A DNA stretch of 64,000 bases from Candidatus Woesearchaeota archaeon (GCA_021735165.1 JAIPHP010000001.1:23510-87509), one strand, 5' to 3'; shown: positions 19,281 to 28,826, numbered from the stretch's first letter. The notes: a model not told the origin generated them from the sequence alone. Numbers and translations are program-made.

Positions 19281-20249
19281 ATGAGGCAAATAATATTTAA
19301 ATATTGTGGTTTTAAAGCCCCGATGTATTTGCTTGCAGAGAATTTTCCTCATGGCACATGGTTTACTGCTAATTCTGAAGAACACTCAGGTTTTGGAGAA
19401 TTTCAAGGAAAAAAAGATTATTATGTCATTACAATTCATGGTGGAAAAGAAGGTATAGGAATTCTAAGTCCTGATGTTATTGCCAGAGCGTATAATACTG
19501 AAGGCGGAATTACACCAGTATACAAAGCCAATCTTTCAAAAGTATTTTCAAATAAAAATGTTATTGGAGATTTACTTCAAGGAGGATTGCCTGATGGTTC
19601 AACCATACAAACGTTTAGCTTTGATCAAATGGTTGCTAGAGAAACGCCTAAAGAATTTTCTAGATATGCAGTTGTAAGAACATTAGATCAAGCAAAGAAA
19701 ACCAATTCTTGCTACCAAAATATTGATGGTAATCTATTAAATAATGGCGGGGTGGCTATTGATTCGCAAGTTATTGCATATCTTGATGGTGTTGATGAAG
19801 CTACGAAATTTCTTGGAAACGTAAAAGCAAAATTTCCAAATGGAAAATTAGGTGTTTGGAACTCTTTTAATTCAGATAATTATGATCCTGATGTTGCTCA
19901 GGGCGTTGTGCTCTTCTTGGGCAACATTGGTAACGCTGGTCTCCTCAGCGGCAATCTTCTTAATGATTATGGTCGCTTTGTCGTGGTAAGCGACGAAGTC
20001 GCTAATGTTAGCGCTGAAGGCGCGAACGCGCACAAAAAAGAGAGTTTAGAAGGAAGAATAAGCTTCACTGAAGGAGATTCTTTTACTGTTGGCGGATTCA
20101 AGTATGAAATGCATAGCGGTATCTATTTAGCTTCACCAATACAAAATAATAAAAATCGCTGCTCCGAAGCTATCTCCACCCTGAAGGATGGAGTATTACG
20201 CTTCAGTCGCCTAGACGCGATTTTTAGATTGCTTGTTATCGCGACCTAA
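19281..20249 (+). CDS. hypothetical protein, locally GC-richer; last about 33 codons are encoded by an inserted repeat element
   Basis: ORF; C-terminal NRCSEAISTLKDGVLRFSRLDAIFRLLVIAT is translated from the PATE-like copy at 20150-20288. Confidence 0.4.
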   Translation: MRQIIFKYCGFKAPMYLLAENFPHGTWFTANSEEHSGFGEFQGKKDYYVITIHGGKEGIGILSPDVIARAYNTEGGITPVYKANLSKVFSNKNVIGDLLQGGLPDGSTIQTFSFDQMVARETPKEFSRYAVVRTLDQAKKTNSCYQNIDGNLLNNGGVAIDSQVIAYLDGVDEATKFLGNVKAKFPNGKLGVWNSFNSDNYDPDVAQGVVLFLGNIGNAGLLSGNLLNDYGRFVVVSDEVANVSAEGANAHKKESLEGRISFTEGDSFTVGGFKYEMHSGIYLASPIQNNKNRCSEAISTLKDGVLRFSRLDAIFRLLVIAT

Positions 20250-20288
20250 AGGTCGGGGTATTAAACCCCTCGCGCTAACGCGCAATAA
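20150..20288 (+). mobile_element. PATE/MITE-like non-autonomous element, 139-bp copy
   Basis: ends TAAAAATCGCTGCTCCGAAG... and ...CCCCTCGCGCTAACGCGCAATAA shared with copies at 26495 and 45897; inserted 3' of ATAA and ends in ATAA. Confidence 0.7.
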
Positions 20289-20411
20289 ATAATTTTTTAT
20301 ACTTCTTATTTTCTTGTATTTGTTGTCCCGGTTGCTTCATCGATCTGATGAAGTTAAATGAAGTAGCTTGGAACTACACGTCATTTCACTACGACGATTT
20401 AATCGTTATAA

Positions 20412-20425
20412 TGAAAATCGCTGCT
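20412..20425 (+). repeat. solo 5'-end fragment of the PATE-like element (TGAAAATCGCTGCT)
   Basis: matches the 5' terminus of the family, preceded by ATAA. Confidence 0.45.
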
Positions 20426-20429
20426 TATA

Positions 20430-21557
20430 TTATTCATAAATAAATTTGGTTAGATTATCAGAGGACTTCATCTCATATATTTTGCGTTTGAAAACATCTA
20501 ATTTTTTAGAAAACTTATCTTTATCATAAAAATTTTTCGAATAATGCTGATTAAATTCTGCAAGATGAACTATTGGTTCGAGCTCTAAAGGTTTTTTCAA
20601 AACAAATTCATAACCTATTCTTTCAGTTTTTTGCGTGCGATTATTCTGCAACTTTTTTATAAACTTTTTAATATTTTTATCTTCATTCTTAATAGAATAA
20701 ACTCCTCGTTCCATCACATTAAATTGCCCATTAGAGCCAAACAAATTTTCTAAACCAAGAATATATGGATACGAATAAAATTTCATTAAAGCTTTAAGTT
20801 CGTCATTATGAAAAATAGCTGCAAAATCATATTTTAATTTTTCATCATTAACAACACTTTCAATTATTGATTCATACACATTATAAGTACTACTGCACAC
20901 CCCGCCAGTTCTTATGCCGCCAGTCTTAAAAAAGTCATTAATTTTAAAATTTGAATAGTCAACATATTTATCAACTTCATCTTTCAATTTTTTAGGAAGC
21001 GAATCAAAATTAGGCATAGAACTTAATTCTGCTACAGAAATAACAAACCTATTCTTAAAAAATGGTTCTGTTAAAAAATACTCAGAAAAATAAGAATTCA
21101 ACTTTTCATGATTTTTCAGCATAGACAACCATTCACTTTTAGACCGTCGCCAATTTGAAAAAGCCACCTGTTTAAAATTCATCGGCAAAACTAAATCAAT
21201 ATGATTTAAAGATTCAGAAAAATAATCAACATAATAATCCTTAGACCAAGAACTGCCAAGATTCAAAAGATAAGACTCAAAATACGAATAATTTTTAGAA
21301 AAATAATCTTTTAACAAAGGCAAAATCAATGTCGCATCAAATTCACTAACAGAGTTATCCCTTAAAATTCTAAAATGTCTACCTTTAGAACTTTCTATAT
21401 TTTCTGCCAAAGACTTAAAATGATCTAACCAACCTAACTTTTCAGGAAAATATTTTTTTAACAAATTCTCTGTACAATTAAAACTAACAGTATCCGTATC
21501 TTTTTCAGCAACATCTTTTAACAAATCCTTTGCACAATCAACACTACCAACAACCAT
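20430..21557 (-). CDS. hypothetical protein
   Basis: ORF only. Confidence 0.4.
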   Translation of the reverse strand: MVVGSVDCAKDLLKDVAEKDTDTVSFNCTENLLKKYFPEKLGWLDHFKSLAENIESSKGRHFRILRDNSVSEFDATLILPLLKDYFSKNYSYFESYLLNLGSSWSKDYYVDYFSESLNHIDLVLPMNFKQVAFSNWRRSKSEWLSMLKNHEKLNSYFSEYFLTEPFFKNRFVISVAELSSMPNFDSLPKKLKDEVDKYVDYSNFKINDFFKTGGIRTGGVCSSTYNVYESIIESVVNDEKLKYDFAAIFHNDELKALMKFYSYPYILGLENLFGSNGQFNVMERGVYSIKNEDKNIKKFIKKLQNNRTQKTERIGYEFVLKKPLELEPIVHLAEFNQHYSKNFYDKDKFSKKLDVFKRKIYEMKSSDNLTKFIYE

Positions 21558-21682
21558 ATCACTAAGTAATAGTGATTTATTTTAAAATGTATCTATGACA
21601 AAGCTAAAAAAACAATTTATTTACAATATAGACACTAAATAACAAGTAGTTTTAAAAAGCAACAACAATTACTTATAAATAA

Positions 21683-22099
21683 ATGCTAAACTTGCTGAAA
21701 CAAAAAACCAAAGTAATACTAGACACAAACTTCCTACTACTACCAGGCGAATTCGGAGTAGACATATTTACAGAAATAAAACGCATATCAACTGAACCAA
21801 TAGAAATATGCATTTTAGACAAAACAATGCAAGAATTAAAACTCATGATAGAAACTAAAGGCCAAAAAAAAGAAGGATTCAATGCAAAACTAGGATATAT
21901 AATGACAAAACAAAAAAACTTAAAAACACTCACAAGTTCCAAACATAACTACGCAGATGATGCTCTAGTAGAAATAGTGTCAAAAAACCCAAAAAAAACA
22001 ATAATAGCAACACAAGACAAAGAACTACAAAAAAGAATTCAAAATAAAAAAGGAAGAATAATAACACTTAAACAAAATAAATATCTCCAACTGAGGTGA
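21683..22099 (+). CDS. PIN-domain protein upstream of rpoE'
   Basis: VILDTNFLL start typical of PIN domains; conserved archaeal position before rpoE'. Confidence 0.55.
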   Translation: MLNLLKQKTKVILDTNFLLLPGEFGVDIFTEIKRISTEPIEICILDKTMQELKLMIETKGQKKEGFNAKLGYIMTKQKNLKTLTSSKHNYADDALVEIVSKNPKKTIIATQDKELQKRIQNKKGRIITLKQNKYLQLR

Positions 22100-22103
22100 A
22101 CTG

Positions 22104-22661
22104 ATGTTTTACAAAGTAAAAGTTAAAGACTATATAAGAATACCACCAGAAAAATTCGAAGAAGAACTAGAAACCGCAATGATACAACAAATAAAAACAA
22201 AATACGAAGGACACATATCCCAAGAACTAGGATCTGTAATAGACGTATCAGGAATCGGAGATATCAAAGACGGAGTAATAATACCCGGAGACGGAGCAAC
22301 ATTTTACGAAACAGAATTTGAACTATTAACATTCATACCCGAAATGCAAGAAGTAGTTCCTGGAATAATAAAAGACATAGCAGACTTTGGAGCATTCATA
22401 ACAATGGGCCCAACAGAAGGAATGATACACATAAGCCAAACAATGAATGACTACGTAAGCTTCAGCAAAGACAAAGCACTACTAGGAAAAGAATCCAAAA
22501 AAACACTAAAAGTAAACGACAAATGCAGAGCAAGAATCATATCAATATCATACAAAGACCTATCAAATCCAAAAATAGGATTGACAATGAGACAAGATGG
22601 GCTAGGCAAAGAAGAATGGATAGAACCAGACTTAGATAAAACAAAGACAAAAAAGAAATAG
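22104..22661 (+). CDS. rpoE: DNA-directed RNA polymerase subunit E' (Rpo7)
   Basis: N-terminal Rpo7 fold sequence plus S1-like domain (ADFGAFITMGPTEGMIHISQ). Confidence 0.85.
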   Translation: MFYKVKVKDYIRIPPEKFEEELETAMIQQIKTKYEGHISQELGSVIDVSGIGDIKDGVIIPGDGATFYETEFELLTFIPEMQEVVPGIIKDIADFGAFITMGPTEGMIHISQTMNDYVSFSKDKALLGKESKKTLKVNDKCRARIISISYKDLSNPKIGLTMRQDGLGKEEWIEPDLDKTKTKKK

Positions 22662-22671
22662 GTAGATAAAA

Positions 22672-22866
22672 ATGGGCGTAAAACGAGAAGTATGCAAAAA
22701 AACAAAAAAATTCATGGACGATCCAAAATTTAAAGAACACAAAGCAATATCAGGCACAACGACAAACTGGCAAGGAAGAATATATGTAGTAACCCCGGGA
22801 AAATCAGATATTGCTAAAATAATGGGCTTTGAAGAACAAGGAGAATACGCAATAAAAGTAAGATAA
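22672..22866 (+). CDS. spt4: Spt4 / RNA polymerase subunit E''-like protein lacking the four zinc-ribbon cysteines
   Basis: C-terminal SDIAKIMGFEEQGEYAIKVR resembles the Spt4 NGN-binding region; only one Cys present. Confidence 0.55.
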   Translation: MGVKREVCKKTKKFMDDPKFKEHKAISGTTTNWQGRIYVVTPGKSDIAKIMGFEEQGEYAIKVR

Positions 22867-22877
22867 ACCGAAAAAAA

Positions 22878-23231
22878 GTGATAAAAATGGAACTAAAACA
22901 AATACAAGAAACCAAATCAGCATTACCAAGAAAAGAACTAAAATATGAACTAAAATACAACGAAACAACACCAAGCCGAAAACAACTACAACAAAGCATA
23001 TCTACAAAACAAAAATCAAAACCAGAATTAACAATAATAAAAAAAATAATGCCTACATACGGAGAAAAAACAGCAGAAGTAACCGCACTAATATATGAAA
23101 ACGAAGAAGCAATGAAAGCAATAGAATACCCAAAAGTAATAGAAAAAAACATACCAAAAAAAGAAGAAGCAAAAGACAACGAACAAAAATCAGACTCACA
23201 ACCCACAGAAAAAAAGGAAGGTGAACAATAA
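22878..23231 (+). CDS. rps24e: 30S ribosomal protein S24e with K/E-rich C-terminal extension
   Basis: [20 protein letters not shown] matches the S24e core EIKFEVKHEGATPSRKE. Confidence 0.7.
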   Translation: MIKMELKQIQETKSALPRKELKYELKYNETTPSRKQLQQSISTKQKSKPELTIIKKIMPTYGEKTAEVTALIYENEEAMKAIEYPKVIEKNIPKKEEAKDNEQKSDSQPTEKKEGEQ

Positions 23232-23434
23232 TGGCAGCAGCAAAAGGCGGAAAAGCACCAGCTAAAAAAACCGAAGCAAAACCTAAAAAGAAAAAAAGAA
23301 AACCAATCCACGAAACTTATGAAAACGGAAAATCAAAAAACAAAACCTGTCCTAAATGCGGGCCAGGAGTATTTTTAGCATCACACAAAGACAGAGCAAC
23401 ATGCGGCAAATGCGGATACATGGAAAAGAAATAA
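23231..23434 (+). CDS. rps27ae: 30S ribosomal protein S27ae
   Basis: CPKCG...CGKCG zinc ribbon after Lys-rich N-terminus. Confidence 0.85.
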   Translation: MAAAKGGKAPAKKTEAKPKKKKRKPIHETYENGKSKNKTCPKCGPGVFLASHKDRATCGKCGYMEKK

Positions 23435-23478
23435 TAACTCAATCCTTAATATCAAACTAACAAAAGCAAATAAAAAAA

Positions 23479-23904
23479 TTATTTATCTCCAAGAACCTTA
23501 CCAATATTAAATTTTACTTCTTTGGCAGCCAGATTTGCTCTAATCAAATAAGGCGCATCTTCATCTGTTAGTTGTTTTGCTCCACCAACGATTGTGAAGT
23601 TAGCGTCAACCCATTTATGCGGATTATTTCTAATTTGAGAAGAATCATACCTAATAACATATTGAGTTCCCCTAAAACTACTAGTGCCTTTTTCATTATA
23701 AGATATTATATCTGTCTTTCCATTATTATCCACATCCCATAATTGATAAGGTTTATCATTAAAAATGACAGTTTCAGGATTTTCTTTCATCAAATAATTA
23801 GGCTCATTTGATTTAGTGCACGCAATAAATACCAAAGGCAAAGCAGCCTTCTTATAGTGTCTCTTTGTAAAGCTCCAAGCTTTGTCAACAATATTCTTTA
23901 ACAT
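23479..23904 (-). CDS. hypothetical lipoprotein/secreted protein
   Basis: N-terminal hydrophobic segment with LVFIAC lipobox-like motif. Confidence 0.4.
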   Translation of the reverse strand: MLKNIVDKAWSFTKRHYKKAALPLVFIACTKSNEPNYLMKENPETVIFNDKPYQLWDVDNNGKTDIISYNEKGTSSFRGTQYVIRYDSSQIRNNPHKWVDANFTIVGGAKQLTDEDAPYLIRANLAAKEVKFNIGKVLGDK

Positions 23905-23925
23905 GTTATTACCTCGTAAATTACA

Positions 23926-24831
23926 TCATTTATTTAATGAAACATAAGTAGCTTTGCTTCCTTTAACTAACATTTCATATTTTTTTGCCAGATTTTTTGT
24001 TCTATCAACAATGCTTTTGCCAATCAAACTAAGACTGCTATACTGTGGCTCTAAAGCTTTAACAACACTGCCAACATCTGCTGCGAGAGATCCGTTCTTA
24101 TTTTTTGTATAAGGAACAAAATTTATTCTTTCCTCCGACCAATCTCTAGATTTGCTTTCTCTAAGAAAGTCTTTCTCTTTAGGATTTTTATCGATGCTGA
24201 TGTTAAGATACGTTTCCAGTTGTTTTTCTCGTTTGTTATCAATAATATATTTTTGCTGAATTGTATCTGTAGTCACAGATTTATTTTCTTCAAATCTTCC
24301 TATAGATGAGTCATTTGTAACTTTAAACTCAATTTCTTTATTAAATGCAGTCTTACTAGCTCTAATAATATCATTTGACATATTTATTATTTTTTTGTTA
24401 TAACTTGAAGACTTTGTAATATTTATTACTTTATCCATGACTGCTTGAGCAGTATATAAAAATTGAACTTTATCTTTTGAATCAGGATCAAAAGAAATTT
24501 CATTAAGTTGTTCTTGAGATAATTCTTCGGTTTTATACATAGAAAATGAATTTTCTGGTAATGATTGGTAATTCATATGACTTATAAGATCAACTATTTC
24601 ATTTTCATAGTTTTCAAGATGAAATTGAGGATTTTGAGTAGCTAAATCAGATACATCAAATTTAACTGTTGTTCTTTCATCGGACGTTTCATCCAAATAA
24701 TTATATCTTTTAAGATTAATATCTGATGAATCTTCTTTTGAACCAGTTAATATTCTATTAAGTATAAAACCAGGCCCAAAAAATGCTGCTGTTGATATTG
24801 CTTCTCTACCAAATTTATCGAATTTTGACAT
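23926..24831 (-). CDS. hypothetical protein
   Basis: ORF only. Confidence 0.4.
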   Translation of the reverse strand: MSKFDKFGREAISTAAFFGPGFILNRILTGSKEDSSDINLKRYNYLDETSDERTTVKFDVSDLATQNPQFHLENYENEIVDLISHMNYQSLPENSFSMYKTEELSQEQLNEISFDPDSKDKVQFLYTAQAVMDKVINITKSSSYNKKIINMSNDIIRASKTAFNKEIEFKVTNDSSIGRFEENKSVTTDTIQQKYIIDNKREKQLETYLNISIDKNPKEKDFLRESKSRDWSEERINFVPYTKNKNGSLAADVGSVVKALEPQYSSLSLIGKSIVDRTKNLAKKYEMLVKGSKATYVSLNK

Positions 24832-24988
24832 TTAAACATCACCTTTTTTTAAAATTATAAATTACATATATTAACTAATATATAAAGCTTTCGTTTTATT
24901 GTCATTTCATAGTGGTAAATAATTATTTGGGTGTGATTTAAAATCATAATCCAAATAATTAATAAATAAAAACAAAATATCACAATAA

Positions 24989-25486
24989 ATGAAAGTCTAC
25001 ACAAAAGTTGGAGATAAAGGAACAACAAGAACATATTCAGGAAAAGAAATACCTAAAGACGACCCAATCATAATAATTGGAGGAAAAATAGACACCCTAC
25101 AGGCAAGTCTTGATTATGCAAAAATAGTTCTTTCAGATACAGAAATCATAGAAATTATTGAAGATGTTCAAAAGAAACTATGGCAAAGCGCAGGAGAAAT
25201 CAGCCAGGAAGGAACAGAAAAACTCAAAGAACCAATAACAGAAGAAAACATAACAACTCTAGAGCAGAACATAGATAAATACAACCAAAAAATAGACTTC
25301 TTCATCAGGTTCTCAAAAGAATCTTCCTGTAGATTAAACGAAGCAAGAATAAGAACAAGAGAACTCGAAATAACAATGACACAAAAGCATCTAGAAGGAA
25401 AGATACGTTCAGAAGTCTACAAATACATAAACCGGCTTTCTGACCTAATCTACGTCTTAGCTTGCAAAGAAGAGAAACAACAATAA
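24989..25486 (+). CDS. PduO-type ATP:cob(I)alamin adenosyltransferase family protein
   Basis: N-terminal MKVYTKVGDKGTT is the family signature; about 165 aa. Confidence 0.7.
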   Translation: MKVYTKVGDKGTTRTYSGKEIPKDDPIIIIGGKIDTLQASLDYAKIVLSDTEIIEIIEDVQKKLWQSAGEISQEGTEKLKEPITEENITTLEQNIDKYNQKIDFFIRFSKESSCRLNEARIRTRELEITMTQKHLEGKIRSEVYKYINRLSDLIYVLACKEEKQQ

Positions 25487-25488
25487 AT

Positions 25489-26337
25489 TCATTTCTTAGT
25501 TATTATAGGTTTTAATGCAACAGAATACTCTTTCGATTTCCCCGGCTGAATAGTCGTATACTCTCCCTGAATAAATGGCTCTCTTCCCTTTCTTCTTGGA
25601 TTATGAGTTATTGGCTCCATACAAAAACTTCCATATTCAGGACCTCTGCTCCAAAGCGCCATATTATCAAACCCTTTTGTATTCATAACAAGATGTATTC
25701 CTTTCTTATCATTAGAATAAACAACTTCATCAACACCTTCAAAAATAGGATGCTCTTTGGTCTTAGAAAGTTCTATAACATCCTTTAGACTTACCACATC
25801 TTTTCCCCCTATATCGAATTTGCCATCATCAACAGAGCCATGAATGTTAAACCAAGGATGCCAACCATACTCTAATTTCATATCCTGATTTGCAATATTT
25901 CTAATTTTAAAATCAGTTTTAAGAATATTTTCTTCAATATTAAATGACTTTAAATGAATAAAATTATATGGAAGAGATATGAATTCAGGAGCTGCCTTAG
26001 GATTATTAGGATCAAATTTATCATTTTTTACAGGAGAATCAGGAAAGTATATCTGTGTAAACTCATTTTCAGTTTCTGTTTTTCTCCACGGCAGACTTCT
26101 ACTTATTCCGTGTTTTTCCCCAACGTACACTTCTTTATTTTCAAATTTTATATTCTTAGCAGCCTTACCTATAACAGGAAACATGCTGAATTCAGAATAT
26201 TTATCCCAATTTTCAGGTCTCTGAGATTTAGGAACTGTTCTTAATTTATAACCAGGATATATAAATTCATTTCCAGACTTTCTAAGTCCCGTCATAATGC
26301 CATCAATTACCTCAATTTGAAGATCATTATTTTTCAT
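25489..26337 (-). CDS. aldose 1-epimerase (galactose mutarotase-like) family protein
   Basis: EYGWHPWFN motif and size. Confidence 0.5.
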   Translation of the reverse strand: MKNNDLQIEVIDGIMTGLRKSGNEFIYPGYKLRTVPKSQRPENWDKYSEFSMFPVIGKAAKNIKFENKEVYVGEKHGISRSLPWRKTETENEFTQIYFPDSPVKNDKFDPNNPKAAPEFISLPYNFIHLKSFNIEENILKTDFKIRNIANQDMKLEYGWHPWFNIHGSVDDGKFDIGGKDVVSLKDVIELSKTKEHPIFEGVDEVVYSNDKKGIHLVMNTKGFDNMALWSRGPEYGSFCMEPITHNPRRKGREPFIQGEYTTIQPGKSKEYSVALKPIITKK

Positions 26338-26494
26338 TAAAAAAGAAAATAAGACCTCCTTTATATATTTTTTTACTTGAAAGTAATAAAATATAAGAAG
26401 TGTTTTTCTTTAAACAATAACAAATAATCAAAAAATAACTTCTTCATACGCTTTACATAAGAAACCAGTGCAAGACTCAACGAAGCAAGAATAA

Positions 26495-26785
26495 TGAAAA
26501 TCGCTGCTCCGAGTCTGCTAAGAAACCAAAAATTTCTTGCACACAGAAATCAAAAAAAATTTCTTCGTGTATCTCCGCCCTAAATGCACAGAAACAAAGA
26601 TTCTGACACGACAAAAATCAAAGATTTTTGTGCAGGACGGAGTATTACGACTCAGTCGCTTATCGCGATTCACAAAAAACACAACAGCATTTCTGTGCGC
26701 TATAAACCAAATGTTTATACGCGCTCAGATTGCGTGCCATCGACCTAAAGGCCGGCATTAAACCCCTTCCGCTAGCGCGCAATAA
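26495..26785 (+). mobile_element. PATE/MITE-like non-autonomous element, longest (291-bp) copy with internal hairpins
   Basis: 5' TGAAAATCGCTGCTCCGAGTCTGCTAAGAAAC, 3' AAACCCCTTCCGCTAGCGCGCAATAA; internal palindromes such as GCGCTATAAAC...GTTTATACGCGC; inserted exactly 3' of AGAATAA inside a duplicated fragment of the PduO-like gene. Confidence 0.75.
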
Positions 26786-26900
26786 GAACAAGAGAATTCG
26801 AAATAGCACTAGCATCAATGTTTCGAGAAAACAAGCTCATCAGAAGTATACAAATACATAACCGATTATCAGACTTAATCTACGTTTTAGCGCGCAATAA
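26786..26900 (+). pseudogene. degenerate duplicate of the 3' end of the PduO-like gene (compare 25352-25470), ending in another PATE 3'-end fragment (26889-26900)
   Basis: about 80% nucleotide identity to 25352-25470 by eye; the matching left flank 26479-26494 equals 25336-25351. Confidence 0.55.
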
Positions 26901-26901
26901 T

Positions 26902-27486
26902 TTAAAGCATGTGACCAATAAACTTTCCATCAAATAAATACATACCTTTAGGCTGAACATTCTCTTTTTTTAAGACACCATATATTTTTGAAGACAAAGA
27001 ATCCCAAACACTTCTATTTTTAGGTGCACACTTAAACAATCTGGCTTCTCCTTCCTTATAAGTAGAACTAACACGGAATCCATGCAAATCCCAAACCTGC
27101 ACACCGTACTCTTTGAATTTTTTTTCACCCCATTTTTCAATAAAATTATCTGCCCACGTATCAATTACACCTAGATTGTTAAGTTCTTTTTCGCCATCAT
27201 AATATTCTGTAAAAAGCATAGAATTACCATCAATAAAATCGTCTAGATTCGAATACGACACTTTTTTAGGAGTTTTAGCCAACGAAAAATCAGGTCTAAC
27301 CGACGGAAGATCAGCACTCATTTGCAGGTTAAAATAAACAACTTCCAACCCTTTCCCCCTTAGAACATTTTCAGGTCTAAATTTACCCTCCGCACCAACG
27401 CTCACTTTAACAATGTTTGAAATCGAGTTGTTCATCATAATAACAGTTAACACAACAACACATATAAATATTTCTAATAAAACCAC
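26902..27486 (-). CDS. hypothetical membrane-anchored protein
   Basis: N-terminal TM helix, ORF only. Confidence 0.4.
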   Translation of the reverse strand: MVLLEIFICVVVLTVIMMNNSISNIVKVSVGAEGKFRPENVLRGKGLEVVYFNLQMSADLPSVRPDFSLAKTPKKVSYSNLDDFIDGNSMLFTEYYDGEKELNNLGVIDTWADNFIEKWGEKKFKEYGVQVWDLHGFRVSSTYKEGEARLFKCAPKNRSVWDSLSSKIYGVLKKENVQPKGMYLFDGKFIGHML

Positions 27487-27533
27487 TCAAAAATAGTAAA
27501 AATATATAAATTCTTTATGATTAGCCATAGAAA

Positions 27534-28253
27534 ATGAACAACCAAAGCCCAATAATAACTTCTATAAAGAACATAGCTGAAGTAAAAGCAATAGATGAAA
27601 AATTCAACGAACTAAGCAAAAAAGAAAATATAATTAAAAAATCAAGAAGAGACCTAATAGAAAACCTAAACAAAACACACGACAATATAAACATAACATA
27701 CAACCAAGTAGAAGACTTCGTAAATGACGTAGCAAACACATATTTCAGAATACAAAAACTCGATGAGCACTACAAAGAACAGAAAGGATTTAGCATACAC
27801 AACGCCAAAAAAAGCAAAATAATCTCACTAGACGACATAAAACAAATACATGAACTCGAAAAAGCAGAGATAATTGATGAAAGATACACCGGAATATTAG
27901 AAAAAAGCTTAGTATACAGCAATTTCAAAAAAGAACAATACTTAGCAACAGACATCATTTTCGAAAAAAATCCACAAACCTCACCATTTTTATCTACAAC
28001 GGGCATAAGCGCAGCGTTCATAATAGGAGGAATAATACAAGGAGATCCTAGACTAATCTATGGAGGCATAGCAATAGCACCTGCAACAATAGCAATATTT
28101 GGATTAATAACATACAATCTTACCCCGAAAAATAATTTCGACACCTTAACAAAGAAAATCAAGAAAAACACAATAGAAAAAACAAAAGAGTTTAACTCTT
28201 ATCTTTCTAAAAATATAAACCCTGAAGAATATTTCAGGACAGGTAGTTATTGA
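27534..28253 (+). CDS. hypothetical protein with C-terminal TM helices
   Basis: ORF only. Confidence 0.4.
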   Translation: MNNQSPIITSIKNIAEVKAIDEKFNELSKKENIIKKSRRDLIENLNKTHDNINITYNQVEDFVNDVANTYFRIQKLDEHYKEQKGFSIHNAKKSKIISLDDIKQIHELEKAEIIDERYTGILEKSLVYSNFKKEQYLATDIIFEKNPQTSPFLSTTGISAAFIIGGIIQGDPRLIYGGIAIAPATIAIFGLITYNLTPKNNFDTLTKKIKKNTIEKTKEFNSYLSKNINPEEYFRTGSY

Positions 28254-28283
28254 AAAGAAACAATGGAAAAATTCAGAAAAGAG

Positions 28284-28613
28284 TTAAACAACAACCTTCA
28301 TTTTCTTAAGCTTTCTTTCAAAAGCATCAAAAAACTCATCCCCCTCATCCAAAAAAACCCTTCTATCTCTTTCCGATTCATTCATTTTAGAAACACTATT
28401 TTGATAAGCATTCCTAGCACCATCATAAAAATAATACGAAGAGCCCTTCTTCATTATGTGTGTTGAAGGAACATTTCTCGTTATAGTCCCCATCTTTTTT
28501 TTATATTCCAAAACAGCATTACAATCATTCTCATGAGCATATTTTTTCATATCATTTAGTAAAATGTACAACTCTTTTAACTGAGAATCATTCAATACAT
28601 CTTCATCAACCAT
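28284..28613 (-). CDS. hypothetical protein
   Basis: ORF only. Confidence 0.3.
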   Translation of the reverse strand: MVDEDVLNDSQLKELYILLNDMKKYAHENDCNAVLEYKKKMGTITRNVPSTHIMKKGSSYYFYDGARNAYQNSVSKMNESERDRRVFLDEGDEFFDAFERKLKKMKVVV

Positions 28614-28826
28614 AACACAACTAAAAACCCTACAATTATTAAAATTTTTCTAAAAGAATACCTGACTAACAACACAACACCCTCATTATTTCTTAATTAA
28701 GCATAAACAGTTAAAATAAAAAAAAATTGCCTTCACAAATCGCGTTGGGGGTTAGGTAAGTGAAGGCAAAGAAGACATGAAAATAAATTTTCTTTGCGAG
28801 CGAAGACTAAAAAAAATAAAAAGTCT

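Noticed and set aside
17719-26900. PATE-like elements as DDE-type MITEs with target-site duplications
   Set aside because: No terminal inverted repeats were found when the ends were compared. The apparent ATAA duplication is better explained by insertion 3' of ATAA with an element that itself ends in ATAA, which is the IS200/IS605 pattern.
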